DNA of 64,000 bases. It comes from a virus. The DNA lies in the IMG/VR virus record IMGVR_UViG_3300044647_001784, positions 1 to 64,000 of that record; one strand, 5' to 3'. This document shows positions 1 to 9,800 of the stretch, piece by piece; position 1 is the stretch's first letter, and the number at the start of each line of letters is the position of its first letter. The notes beneath the pieces were generated by a model. The model made no database searches. It was not told the DNA's origin and saw nothing but the letters and a program-made list of their open reading frames with translations. The translations under genes were made by a program, and so were the position numbers.

Positions 1-252
1 GCCTAACTGTGCAATAACTTCAACACAGGTTTGTTTAAACATTTTCTTGCCGAGCTCTTCCCCATATAATTTTATTAGAGTAGACTCTTTGTAAATCTGA
101 GAGCTTCGCTCTATTAATGTATATTGATTTTCTGAAAGTGGTGGAAGACCTAGGTAGTCTGGGCTAGTTACAAATGTCTGTAGGTCTACTGGGCGCTCTT
201 CAAACTCTTCACCATCTAAAATTTCTATAAAATCTGAAAAATCAAGTGGCAT
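1..252 (-). CDS. terL: Terminase large subunit, N-terminal part (runs off window start)
   Basis: Not in the ORF track. Manual translation from ATG at 252 gives MPLDFSDFIEILDGEEFEERPVDLQTFVTSPDYLGLPPLSENQY...KQTCVEVIAQLG, ending where a terminase Walker A (xxxLGKGSGK-type) is expected. Lies downstream of the putative TerS. Confidence 0.75.
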   Translation of the reverse strand, partial: MPLDFSDFIEILDGEEFEERPVDLQTFVTSPDYLGLPPLSENQYTLIERSSQIYKESTLIKLYGEELGKKMFKQTCVEVIAQLG

Positions 253-841
253 AGTTAAACCCTTTTGGAACTTTTATTTTTTTAAAAATTTTATTTGAAT
301 GAAAATATCTTATATCGCTTTTTAATTCTTTGACTTCATGAAAGCATATATCTTCGGCGCTATGTATAATCAAATCTCCTTTTTTTGGGCTGTAGGATAC
401 TCCTTGATTGATATAGCTAATCTCTGCGCCATCGAAATCATTAAAGTACAATACAATACCAGCAACGGTATCTTCAGCTAAATCAAATTCTTCTAGATCT
501 TTTGCAATCTTGCTTGCTTCTCTTGCAGGCAAAGAGTCATGGTTATCGGAGTGCGGGGCCCCTCTGTATCCTTTTCTCATTACAGATACACCACGATCTG
601 AGCCGAGGTAGTATCCATCTTCAAGCAAGCTGATTACCCTGTTGTCTACCTCAATAATTTTTTCTAGCCAAACAACAGACCTTTCGTAGAATGTTATTGT
701 TTCATTTTTATTAGTCCACCAATTATCTTCTGATATACTTTCTGACTCTAACACTATTTGATTACAGTCATCATCAGATACAAAACCATGAAAAACATAT
801 GAGTCTTTACATAACTCCACGAAGCCACTCTTATCAAACAT
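242..841 (-). CDS. 2OG-Fe(II) oxygenase, prolyl-4-hydroxylase-like
   Basis: HxD (PHSDNH), LYFNDFDGAEI, PKKGDLIIH, distal His (FHEVKEL) and Arg (IRYF). Confidence 0.85.
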   Translation of the reverse strand: MFDKSGFVELCKDSYVFHGFVSDDDCNQIVLESESISEDNWWTNKNETITFYERSVVWLEKIIEVDNRVISLLEDGYYLGSDRGVSVMRKGYRGAPHSDNHDSLPAREASKIAKDLEEFDLAEDTVAGIVLYFNDFDGAEISYINQGVSYSPKKGDLIIHSAEDICFHEVKELKSDIRYFHSNKIFKKIKVPKGFNYAT

Positions 842-1373
842 CTGAAGTTTTTTCTAAAATTATAATTGGCTCTACAATACCAGTTATTTGAGAAAGCCTT
901 TTTGCTACTTCTATTTTACAATGGTTGCAGCTTGAAGTAACTTCTTTTAATATGCCAACAAGCATCTCTTGCTTTCTTTCTGTTTCCAATATCTGAGATG
1001 CCATTTCATTATTTTCAAGTACGCCGACTGACTGAAGCATAGCAATTCTTTTTGTCTCTATGTCTGCAATAAGCTTAAGTGTTCCAGACTTAACGTTTAG
1101 TTGCCCTTGTGTATCTGCATCCTCAACCGTTTTCCATGCTTCTTTAATTAACATATCATAATGTTGATCTGCTCCCAGCAAAGCCTCTCTGGCCCTGTCC
1201 CTAACATTTGTATCATTATGGACAATAGACTTCCACTCATCTATATGCTCAAGAACTTCTTTACGGGTAAGCCCAGTAATAGATGCTATTTGGGTGGCAG
1301 AATTACCCTTTAATAGCTCAGAAACGACTCTGTTCATTTTGTCGAATTGTACTGCTGGCTCTATTTCGCTCAT
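834..1373 (-). CDS. Putative terminase small subunit (N-terminal HTH)
   Basis: HTH-like LLKGNSATQIASITGLTRKEV followed by a helical body; lies upstream of terL with one inserted gene between. Confidence 0.55.
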   Translation of the reverse strand: MSEIEPAVQFDKMNRVVSELLKGNSATQIASITGLTRKEVLEHIDEWKSIVHNDTNVRDRAREALLGADQHYDMLIKEAWKTVEDADTQGQLNVKSGTLKLIADIETKRIAMLQSVGVLENNEMASQILETERKQEMLVGILKEVTSSCNHCKIEVAKRLSQITGIVEPIIILEKTSDV

Positions 1374-1379
1374 AAAATA

Positions 1380-1408
1380 ATTATACTTCTAGTCAACTAA
1401 AAAGTCAA
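1380..1408 (-). promoter_or_regulatory. Sigma70/SigA-type promoter, leaderless
   Basis: TTGACT-17nt-TATAAT, then 6 nt to the ATG at 1373. Confidence 0.8.
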
Positions 1409-1555
1409 TTAGCGTTTGATCTTTAGTTTAAATTTATCTATATATCTCTGTATAGTCATGTGTGACACAGAGCACTCTGTGGCTATTTCGACTATTGTTT
1501 TTTTCTGTACAACGTATCTATTGTATAGCCAGTCTTTATTTTGGTATAATTTCAT
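1409..1555 (-). CDS. Small HTH DNA-binding protein (48 aa)
   Basis: Not in the track. MKLYQNKDWLYNRYVVQKKTIVEIATECSVSHMTIQRYIDKFKLKIKR; ATGA overlap with the RuvC-like gene stop; HTH pattern. Confidence 0.75.
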   Translation of the reverse strand: MKLYQNKDWLYNRYVVQKKTIVEIATECSVSHMTIQRYIDKFKLKIKR

Positions 1556-2118
1556 CTTTTTGTTAGCACCTGATTTGAATAATGTGCAATACCAAATGCA
1601 TCTGCAACATCAAAATCATCTAATAAAATTGAATATTTTTTATTAAAGTAGTCTGCAGTTCTTTGCTTTCTCATATTCCTTAGCTGATTCTTGTACCAAG
1701 AGTCTGCGTAGCCTGGATTTTTTATTCTTATCCCAGCCTTTTCTTCTTTTGTAGGATTTTTATTTCCTATATAAGACTGCCAGGCACTTGGAGATATTGT
1801 TATAACTTCAGCACCAGTAGACATTAGCTCTGCAATAACAACACCATATACATATGAAAGCTTAATAACAGCATCCGCTGATCTAACAAGAACTGCACCC
1901 TCTACTACGATATAGTCTGCCTTGAGCTCATCAAGCATGGCTGAAGTCTTTACCTTGGCATCATATATCTTTTGATATATGTCGTTGCCAACAATATTAA
2001 ATTTTCCCCACTTTAGTGGTATGTCGTTTTCCATTAGGCAGAAGGCTACGGAGTTTGTAGACGCATCTATGCCTAATACCCTATTAGCTTTTGTTTTTAC
2101 AAGGCTAGCCAATGTCAT
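1552..2118 (-). CDS. ruvC: RuvC-like Holliday junction resolvase
   Basis: RVLGIDAST, IVVEG and DVADAFGIA match the RNase H-fold acidic triad pattern of RuvC. Confidence 0.85.
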   Translation of the reverse strand: MTLASLVKTKANRVLGIDASTNSVAFCLMENDIPLKWGKFNIVGNDIYQKIYDAKVKTSAMLDELKADYIVVEGAVLVRSADAVIKLSYVYGVVIAELMSTGAEVITISPSAWQSYIGNKNPTKEEKAGIRIKNPGYADSWYKNQLRNMRKQRTADYFNKKYSILLDDFDVADAFGIAHYSNQVLTKR

Positions 2119-2383
2119 CTATGATGCCCATCAAATCTTTTTTAAACTTTGAGTCCTTAGACTTTATACATTTGGCACAGTAAGGCTGGTCATTGTATCT
2201 ACTTAAAAAACCACTGCAGCCCTTGCATTTTCTGGGCGCACCATTTTTAATTGCTTTTTTTTCGTAATACTTTTCCATTATTCTTTTATTAGTTGACACT
2301 CTACAGCATTCATCTGAACAGTATTTTTGGTTATGAGTTTTTGCAATAAATTCTTTTTTACATTCTGAATTTAAACACACCAT
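2105..2383 (-). CDS. Cys-rich zinc-binding protein
   Basis: Likely start MVCLNSEC at 2383; CxxxxC, YCSDECC, CKGC and CAKC motifs. Confidence 0.7.
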   Translation of the reverse strand: MVCLNSECKKEFIAKTHNQKYCSDECCRVSTNKRIMEKYYEKKAIKNGAPRKCKGCSGFLSRYNDQPYCAKCIKSKDSKFKKDLMGIIDDIG

Positions 2384-3171
2384 TACTTTACTACCTTCAT
2401 TAGATCTATTGTTATGTCCCCAGGGTCTGATCCCTTTGCCCAGCATTCCTTTTTAACAGGACAATATGTGCAAGGTAGCTTGTACTTAGTTGCGCCTTCT
2501 GGTCTAGTAGGAAGAGATCCGTTTTGGAAATTATCCCAGACATCTCTCATCCACTGAAAAGCATCCTCAATAATCTTTTTGTTTTTATCGTTCATAGAAA
2601 TTGGTATTATTAATACCTCTTGGGTATTCTTATTTTCATACAAGAAGAAGCCTTCTTTGGCATTCTTCAGCTTCATATATGTAAGTAGCTGCAGCATATG
2701 GTTGGGGGAAGACTTCATCTCTGCTTGTCTTGTATCCCACACCTCTTGTTTAGCTGTTTTAATTTCACCTATAACGGTCTCACCATCATACTCCATAATC
2801 AAGTCTATAAATCCACGGATCGGAGGATACTCGTTAATTATTTCTTCTTCTTCTGCCCGCCATTCAGGCATAGTCTTAATTAAATTCTGTAATCTTTCAT
2901 GTGCTTGCGTTCCCTGTGCCATGTTGGCCACAGCAACTGCGTCATTATCATCAATAAAAACTGCACCAGTAAATGCCATGTACCAATATCTTGGACAGGT
3001 GCCATGGCCATATCCTAATGAGCTTGGACTAAAAGATTTCTTTGTGGTATCCCCATCTGGACGTTTAGTATTTCTGTATGACTCGTCAAGAAGTTGTGCA
3101 AATTTTTCTGGGTCAAAGAAGTTGCCGATATGCTTTTTAAATTTTAAATTCTTTACAATATCTCTAGCCAT
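2383..3171 (-). CDS. Cas4-like PD-(D/E)xK exonuclease
   Basis: CPRYWY, GTQAHE, RGFIDL, EIKT, QLLTYM and C-terminal CTYCPVKKEC (Fe-S cysteines). Confidence 0.85.
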   Translation of the reverse strand: MARDIVKNLKFKKHIGNFFDPEKFAQLLDESYRNTKRPDGDTTKKSFSPSSLGYGHGTCPRYWYMAFTGAVFIDDNDAVAVANMAQGTQAHERLQNLIKTMPEWRAEEEEIINEYPPIRGFIDLIMEYDGETVIGEIKTAKQEVWDTRQAEMKSSPNHMLQLLTYMKLKNAKEGFFLYENKNTQEVLIIPISMNDKNKKIIEDAFQWMRDVWDNFQNGSLPTRPEGATKYKLPCTYCPVKKECWAKGSDPGDITIDLMKVVK

Positions 3172-3567
3172 TTATGAATTGTACCTAACGACATACTTAA
3201 GTGCATCTACAAGTTTGTCTATGGACTCCTTTAATGAATAGTAAATATTCTTTTTATTATTGTTAGCTGTGCCAGCTTTATCTTTAGCAATAGTTGAATA
3301 AACGGAAGCAAGCACAGCAAATTTAGTTGACATTGCTTGCAGCTCCATAATTAAATGTGGTGCTTTTGCAGATGGTACATCTGGATTCATCAATAGCTTT
3401 ACTACTATAGCAAGGGCTTTATCTAGATGATCATCTTGCATAAAATCATGCAAGTCATTAAACTCAGTTATATCACTTATAAGCTGCAACGTATTTTTAT
3501 CTTCCACTTTATCCAACCATTCTTTATTATTAAAACCCAGCCCAGTGCTGATATTACTCGTTCTCAT
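3172..3567 (-). CDS. Hypothetical helical protein (start may be GTG near 3507)
   Basis: ORF tightly packed in the operon; no recognised motif. Confidence 0.65.
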   Translation of the reverse strand: MRTSNISTGLGFNNKEWLDKVEDKNTLQLISDITEFNDLHDFMQDDHLDKALAIVVKLLMNPDVPSAKAPHLIMELQAMSTKFAVLASVYSTIAKDKAGTANNNKKNIYYSLKESIDKLVDALKYVVRYNS

Positions 3568-4243
3568 ACTTTACGTGTAAATTTATGCTATCTACTTCGT
3601 GCTTGCCAATGCTCTCGCCCCTATGGTTTATTGCTTTTTTATACATTCTGGGTCTTATTCCTTGAGAGTTTAAATCCTTTAGGTATTCCATGTACTCTGT
3701 GCTATCTTGAATACTCTCAAATGGCCAAACTACATTTTTAATATTAATGACAGAATCCTGTATAGATGCAAGTGATATCGGGAGTATGCAAGCTATATTT
3801 GTTCCAGCTGGCACAAAATATTCTTTATCTGGCGTGTCAAGCTTCCAAACAACAGAAAATGTTCCAGTAAATACAGAGGTAGAAAGTATTGTGCTTAGAA
3901 CCTCTGCACCTTCTATTTTTTCATTTGGCACAGTCATTGTTACTATGCTTGTGTTCTCATCTGTTTTTAAAATAAGATTTGTTACAAAGCTTACTGTGCC
4001 CTCTCCTCTGCCAACCCATATGCTTTCTTCACCTATAATCCCTCTTGCCCCATCTTCTCTTGATCCATCCCAAATAAAAGATATGTCGTGATCAAAATAT
4101 ATTCCATACCCTAAAGTATTTGCCATGCCGATTGGGTGGCAGTTATATGTATAAGAATGCATCCAATCTCTTTTGATTGGAAGTGGTCTTATTTTTGCCG
4201 TTGGCTTTAATGGATTGTCTATGTAAGCATCTATGTTATGCAT
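3554..4243 (-). CDS. DUF6065-like protein
   Basis: KRDWM...YNCHPIGMANTLGYGI motif; clear paralog of 50587..51333. Confidence 0.65.
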   Translation of the reverse strand: MHNIDAYIDNPLKPTAKIRPLPIKRDWMHSYTYNCHPIGMANTLGYGIYFDHDISFIWDGSREDGARGIIGEESIWVGRGEGTVSFVTNLILKTDENTSIVTMTVPNEKIEGAEVLSTILSTSVFTGTFSVVWKLDTPDKEYFVPAGTNIACILPISLASIQDSVINIKNVVWPFESIQDSTEYMEYLKDLNSQGIRPRMYKKAINHRGESIGKHEVDSINLHVKYENE

Positions 4244-4541
4244 TATTGTCCTCCCAGAATCTAATGAGCTCTTCTAAAACTGCCCACTCTATTATACCAA
4301 GCCTTACTTTACTTTCTGATCCTATAATTATTTTTAGTGCTGGGTGCATGTCTCTATTTACCTTAAAGGTATCAGTGCATATTTTTGCCCAAACATCTTT
4401 GTTTAAAGTAAATGTAGAGCCAGCCTCTTTATAATCAACAAGGAATTGCTTCCATTGAGCATCACCTTTCTGATAGTCCCCTCTTCCACTGTTCTTTTGA
4501 GCCTTTGCTCCATCTCTTTTTACTTCAGATCTTTCTGACAT
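4236..4541 (-). CDS. Small PD-(D/E)xK nuclease, Hjc-like resolvase
   Basis: SE...NSGRG...KGDA...LVDYKE pattern in ~100 aa. Confidence 0.65.
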   Translation of the reverse strand: MSERSEVKRDGAKAQKNSGRGDYQKGDAQWKQFLVDYKEAGSTFTLNKDVWAKICTDTFKVNRDMHPALKIIIGSESKVRLGIIEWAVLEELIRFWEDNNA

Positions 4542-4542
4542 A

Positions 4543-5379
4543 TTATTCCTTTACTTCTATTACATTAGATGGTATAGAAAGCTTTATAGTCTGCAAGTCT
4601 TTTTCAACATAAGATTCTTCTGTAGTAACATTAAGAAGGTGGTCCGACAACTCATACTTTTTTGTCCATTCAACTTCACCAGAAACCTCAGAGTCAATAA
4701 ATGCTCTTAGGAAGTATCTATCCGATTTACTAAATGGCTTTACCCCATGATAAAATGGCTCAGTTGAAGGCATAATTACTGCGTCGCCAGGCATTGGCTT
4801 ATACATATATGTATTGTTTGAAATTGAATCGTAAACACATATCTCTCCGCCATCATATTCATCGTTTAAATAAAAGTTAACTGTTGCAACGTGCCTATTT
4901 ATTTTGGTTTCTCCAGGAACTGGAAGTTCATCTACATGATACTCCATTATCAGACCAGAAGGATTAACCTTGCCTTGAGCTTTTACATCATATCTAAAAA
5001 AATCAATCCAGTATTTTTTATTAACATCTTTAAGTAAGCCCCAGTCTTTTATAAATGATGGCCAAATACCATTTTTTTCATCGAAATCACTTAAATAGTC
5101 TTCTCTTATAAATTTCATGCACCTGTTAATCTCAAGGATGTACTCTTTTTCTTTGTTAAGAAATACATCTGTTCCAGGGTCTATGCTTTCCAACAATGCG
5201 AAGTCTGCATCTCTTCTGTAACCTTGGCCGTACCAATCTCTCCAGTTATTAAAAAATGAAGGGTCTCTGTTTTCTTTAAGCAGATCTATTATTTCTTTGC
5301 TGTGTTTAAATATGTTTTTATATATAACAATTTGTGGAGCCACAATTATTTTTTTTACATCTTGAAATTCTAAATTCAT
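4543..5379 (-). CDS. 2OG-Fe(II) oxygenase, P4H-like
   Basis: MEYHVD, FYLNDEYDGGEI, PSTEPFYHGVK, DRYFLR; closely resembles 49114..49932. Likely start MNLEFQ at 5379. Confidence 0.88.
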   Translation of the reverse strand: MNLEFQDVKKIIVAPQIVIYKNIFKHSKEIIDLLKENRDPSFFNNWRDWYGQGYRRDADFALLESIDPGTDVFLNKEKEYILEINRCMKFIREDYLSDFDEKNGIWPSFIKDWGLLKDVNKKYWIDFFRYDVKAQGKVNPSGLIMEYHVDELPVPGETKINRHVATVNFYLNDEYDGGEICVYDSISNNTYMYKPMPGDAVIMPSTEPFYHGVKPFSKSDRYFLRAFIDSEVSGEVEWTKKYELSDHLLNVTTEESYVEKDLQTIKLSIPSNVIEVKE

Positions 5380-5380
5380 T

Positions 5381-5569
5381 TTAACCAACCTTTACTTCGT
5401 TAAGGTGTCCATCTGGACACTCCCAAGCAAGCACCATAGACTCTGAATCCCAAAACGACTCTTCAGAATTTTTATCGCATTTGAAACATGGCTTAGAGCC
5501 AACTATTACCTCTAAATTATTTTTTTTAGGCTGCTCTGGCTTATTAAAAAATTCATTAAGATTTGGCAT
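5381..5569 (-). CDS. Small zinc-ribbon protein
   Basis: CFKC...WECPDGH; overlaps the recA stop. Confidence 0.65.
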   Translation of the reverse strand: MPNLNEFFNKPEQPKKNNLEVIVGSKPCFKCDKNSEESFWDSESMVLAWECPDGHLNEVKVG

Positions 5570-6560
5570 TTATTTCCTGAATAAGCTTTCCAGATACTTC
5601 TGGATTTTCTCTAAGGTATGCAACTGCTTTTGCTCTACCCTGGAATCTCTCACCATTAATTGTATACCATGCTCCGCCCTTTTCTATTAGGCCATACATC
5701 TCTGCAACATCTAAAGTTTCTCCTATGCGATCAACGCCTAGGTTCTCTCCTTGGTAATAGAAGTCGTATTGTCCTGAAAGATTAGGGGGGCCGAGCTTGT
5801 TGTAATCAATAATCCAATTGACTGGCCTGCCAACTCTTTGTTCAATGATTTTGTCACCAACCGCAACACCAGCTTTAATAGCATTAGCTTCAGCTTCCGA
5901 AGACCATAACTTAATGACTGTGGAAGAGAAGAACTTAACTGCCATTCCTCCTGTCGGAATGTGGGAGGCATGCATAGATCCAAATTGATTTCTTTGCTGT
6001 GAGATGAGAACCAGTAATGTATTTTTGTTTGCATAGTTTAACATTTTGACTGCATGAGTCATATCCTTTGCTTCTGCACCGATTTGCTTAGTGTCTTGCA
6101 AATCTTTCATTTCATTTCCGTCTTTTTCAAAATATATTCCAGGAAGTAAGGCTGAGATAGAATCTACAACAATAACATCCACTCCTGCTTCCATTAATTT
6201 AACGCCAACGTCTACCATATCATTAACAGTCTTAGCCTGAGAATAAATAAGAGAAGATGAATCTACTCCAAGCTGCTCTGCCCACTTCTGATCATAAGAT
6301 GCTTCTGCATCAATCCAGGCACACGTCTTTCCTTCTTGTTGAGCCAATGCTATCATTTGTAGACAGAATGAAGATTTACCAGCAGACTTGTTTCCCCATA
6401 CAAGGACCTGTCTACCGTACCCAAGACCACCTTTTAGTGCTACGTTTAGACCGATGCTTGGTGTCAATTGCTTGTGTACTTTTACATTTTGAGCCGATTG
6501 AACTCTTGCACGGGTCTTTGGGTCTAGCTTTGCCATTATATCTTCTAATGAAATAGTCAT
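5556..6560 (-). CDS. recA: RecA/UvsX-like recombinase
   Basis: Walker A GNKSAGKS, CAWIDAE, IVVDSISAL, ISQQR, TGGMAVKFFSS, GAWY, FQGR. Confidence 0.95.
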   Translation of the reverse strand: MTISLEDIMAKLDPKTRARVQSAQNVKVHKQLTPSIGLNVALKGGLGYGRQVLVWGNKSAGKSSFCLQMIALAQQEGKTCAWIDAEASYDQKWAEQLGVDSSSLIYSQAKTVNDMVDVGVKLMEAGVDVIVVDSISALLPGIYFEKDGNEMKDLQDTKQIGAEAKDMTHAVKMLNYANKNTLLVLISQQRNQFGSMHASHIPTGGMAVKFFSSTVIKLWSSEAEANAIKAGVAVGDKIIEQRVGRPVNWIIDYNKLGPPNLSGQYDFYYQGENLGVDRIGETLDVAEMYGLIEKGGAWYTINGERFQGRAKAVAYLRENPEVSGKLIQEINAKS

Positions 6561-6617
6561 ATTTAATCTTTCTTCTCTCTAATAGTATAGCATTAAAATA
6601 AAGCTTTGTGAATCCTT

Positions 6618-6815
6618 TTAATCTTTTATTTTTAACTTAAATGTGAATGATTGACTTGTTTCGTCATAATCAACTTGCAATTCTTTGTCTTCATTTTCTG
6701 CGTTTACTACTGTCATTATTGGTATAGATATCTCCCCTAATGTTTCTAGGGCAGCAACTAAAATTCTTGAAACATTTAGCTGTGCAAATACATCTTCAAT
6801 TTTTGCTTCTGTCAT
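6618..6815 (-). CDS. Hypothetical protein
   Basis: ATGA overlap with the dnaE stop. Confidence 0.65.
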   Translation of the reverse strand: MTEAKIEDVFAQLNVSRILVAALETLGEISIPIMTVVNAENEDKELQVDYDETSQSFTFKLKIKD

Positions 6816-9800
6816 TTTATTTCCTTTACGTTTAATGTTCCATCATCTAGTTTTGATAGAACCACCTTACATTTCATACCCTCACGCATTTTTGCTAAAG
6901 TCATCTTGTACATTGTTGGAAATGCAATTGCTCTAGTTAAAACTTTGTTCCTGTCAGAAAGAACTATGTGGCTCATTGTTTTCCCAGCCTTTGTTGTGTA
7001 TGGGGTAAAATTAACTACAATATATTCATCTTCTTCTAGGTCATATTCTTTTCTATATAAATAGTCTACAAACATATCGTTAGACGACGGGTCAATTTCT
7101 GACACCTTAATGTATCTAGCAATTCTATTATCTCCAACTAAAATAAAATACATCTGGCCAACTTCAATTTGAGTTTGTTCATTGTGAAATAGACCAATAG
7201 ATCCAGTCTCATCGACAATCTCTACTCGTGCCCATCCAGTACCACGCTTGATACCCTTTACCATTCCAAACATAACAAATGAACCAAGGTCGTCAAACTC
7301 TTCAATCGGCCTAGCCTGAGCCTTTACTCTTGGTGGGATCCCCTCTAAGTTAAATGTAGGTATGCCCAGATACTCATAGTAGTTATCTTTTTCATTTCCG
7401 TTTCTTAAGTTATCTTTAAATGCTGCTGCTCCAATTGCATTTAGTGAACTTATTGCTCTGCTATTTATACCACTGCCTTTAGCAGAAGCAATTGAAATAA
7501 AGTGTTCATAGCTCTTATAAGGCCTATGATCAATAATCTTATTTGAAATATTATCTGATATAAATTTAACTTCAGAAAGCCCAAAGCGTATAGCGTTGTC
7601 TTGAAGAGAAAAATAAAGCTCTGATTCATTGATGTGCGGCAATAAAACTTTTAATCCAAGTCTCTTCGACTCAATTAAATATTCCGTCCTAGCATCTTTA
7701 TCGTTTTCGTTTTTAAGAATCGAAAACATAAACTCAAGTGGGTAATAAAACTTAAGCCAAGCAGTATAATAACTAAGCATAGAGTAAGCAACAGCATGGG
7801 AACGGTTAAAAGAATAACCAGCATGCGCTTCAAAATCGTGCCATAGCGCTTCTGCTTTTTTCTTAGTAATGTGTTCTGAAGCCCCAGTAACAAACCTATC
7901 TTTGAACTGGTCAAATTCTTTTGCATCTTTTTTCTTTCCAATAATCTTGCGGACCTTATCAGCCTCTGCCCAAGTCATTCCACCCAAGTGTACGCATGCC
8001 TGCATAACTTGCTCTTGATATATAATAACACCATAAGTGTTCTCGGTAAATGGCTTCATGATTGTGTGCATATAATCTACAGCTTCATTGCCTTGCTTAC
8101 GCTTGATATAGGCAGCCCCTACGGTATTCATGGCACCTGGCCTTACTAGTGCATTAGATGCAACTAGATCTTCAAACTTGTCTGTTCCCATCTTAATAAG
8201 AAGGTTAGTGTATGGTGTTGCTTCAGCTTGGAATACTCCCTTAGTAAAGCCTTCGCTAAGCATCTTGTAAACTTCTGGATCATCAAGAGTTAAATCAGAC
8301 AGCACTATATCCTTGCCAGTTCTAGATTTTATTGATTTAAGTGTATCTGAAATAACGGATAGAGTTTTTAGTCCCAACGCATCTAGCTTGATGAGACCAA
8401 TATCCGCAACAGTATCCATATCATAGGCAACTACAGGAATTCTTCCTGAAACTTTATCCTGTGCATCTTCTCTTGATTCAACGGGAGCAAACTTTCTAAG
8501 GTCATCTTTAGCTACAACAACTCCAGCTGCATGCACTCCAACAGATCTAATTCTTCCACGCAATCTATCTGCAAGCCAAACAACTTCTGGGTACTTGGCT
8601 CTAAACTCTTTTGTGTTTGGTGAAGAAACAAAGTCTTCAAAGGTGTCAATTGATTTCATTGCACGATTAACTTCTTGCAGTGGAACCATAAAAATTCGTG
8701 CTGCATCTCGGATTACACCTTTATCTTTAAAATAAGTGTAAGTTGAAATAGAAGCAACGTGTTTAAATTTTTTCTTAAGGTATTCCTTTACCTCTTTACG
8801 ACGACGATCTTCAAAGTCTGTATCGATATCTGGAAAGTCATTACGCTCTGGATTAATAAATCTAAAAAACAAAAGGTCATATTTAATTGGATCTACATCA
8901 GTTATTCCTAATGCGTAACAAACTAAAGATCCTGCGGCAGAGCCACGGCCTGGACCCACACGGATATCGTTTGTTTTAGCCCAATCAATCATGTCTGCAA
9001 TCACTAAAAAATACGATGCAAAACTCTTAGATGCAATAACCGAAAGCTCTTCTTCTACTCTATCGATATATGCCTGATTATTTGAGAATCCAAGCTTATC
9101 TATTCCAGAATATGCCATCTCACGAAGCTTGTCGTCTGCATCTGTTTTTGGAACTGGAAGCAGATCAAGTCCTTGATGGAAGTCGTAGTCTTCAATCTTA
9201 TCTGCAATCTCCATTGTGTTTTCATATATGTCTGTGCGAGAAATTCCAGCAGCATTAAAGTCTGCTTCAATCTCTTCTCTAGACTGAATGAAAAGGTTGT
9301 AATCCTGAAAAGAAATTCTGCGGTCTGGATATAGATAATTAAATCTTTCCATCATGTCTTTAATGTTACGAGACATTTCAAAGTCTGATTCCTTATCAAT
9401 CTTTGGAGATGTAGAAAGGATAAGTAGCGCTTCTTCTAACACCCTATCTTCTTCTTTAGCAAAGTGGGCATCTCCTGTTGCCACCGCCTTAATTTTTAAT
9501 TCATCTGCCAACTCTAAGAGCTTGGCGTTTATTTCTGGCGGGTTGTGAGATTGAACCTCAATATAAAAATCTTCATTAAAAGTTTGTTTAAAATCTTTGA
9601 GTACAAGTTTTGCTTCTGAGAATTCTCCACGCTCAATAGCTTTGCTAATAAGGCCGTTGAGGCATCCAGACAAAACGATAACACCTTCAGCATATTCTTT
9701 TAAAACCTCTCTGTCGATACGTGGCTTGTGATAAAATCCCTCATTCCAAGCAAGCTCCTGAAGAATATTAATATTCTCCAACCCCTTTTTATTTTTCGCT

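Noticed and set aside
2383-3171. Cas4-like gene as evidence of CRISPR-Cas
   Set aside because: No cas1/cas2 or array is present; solo Cas4-like exonucleases are common in phage recombination modules.
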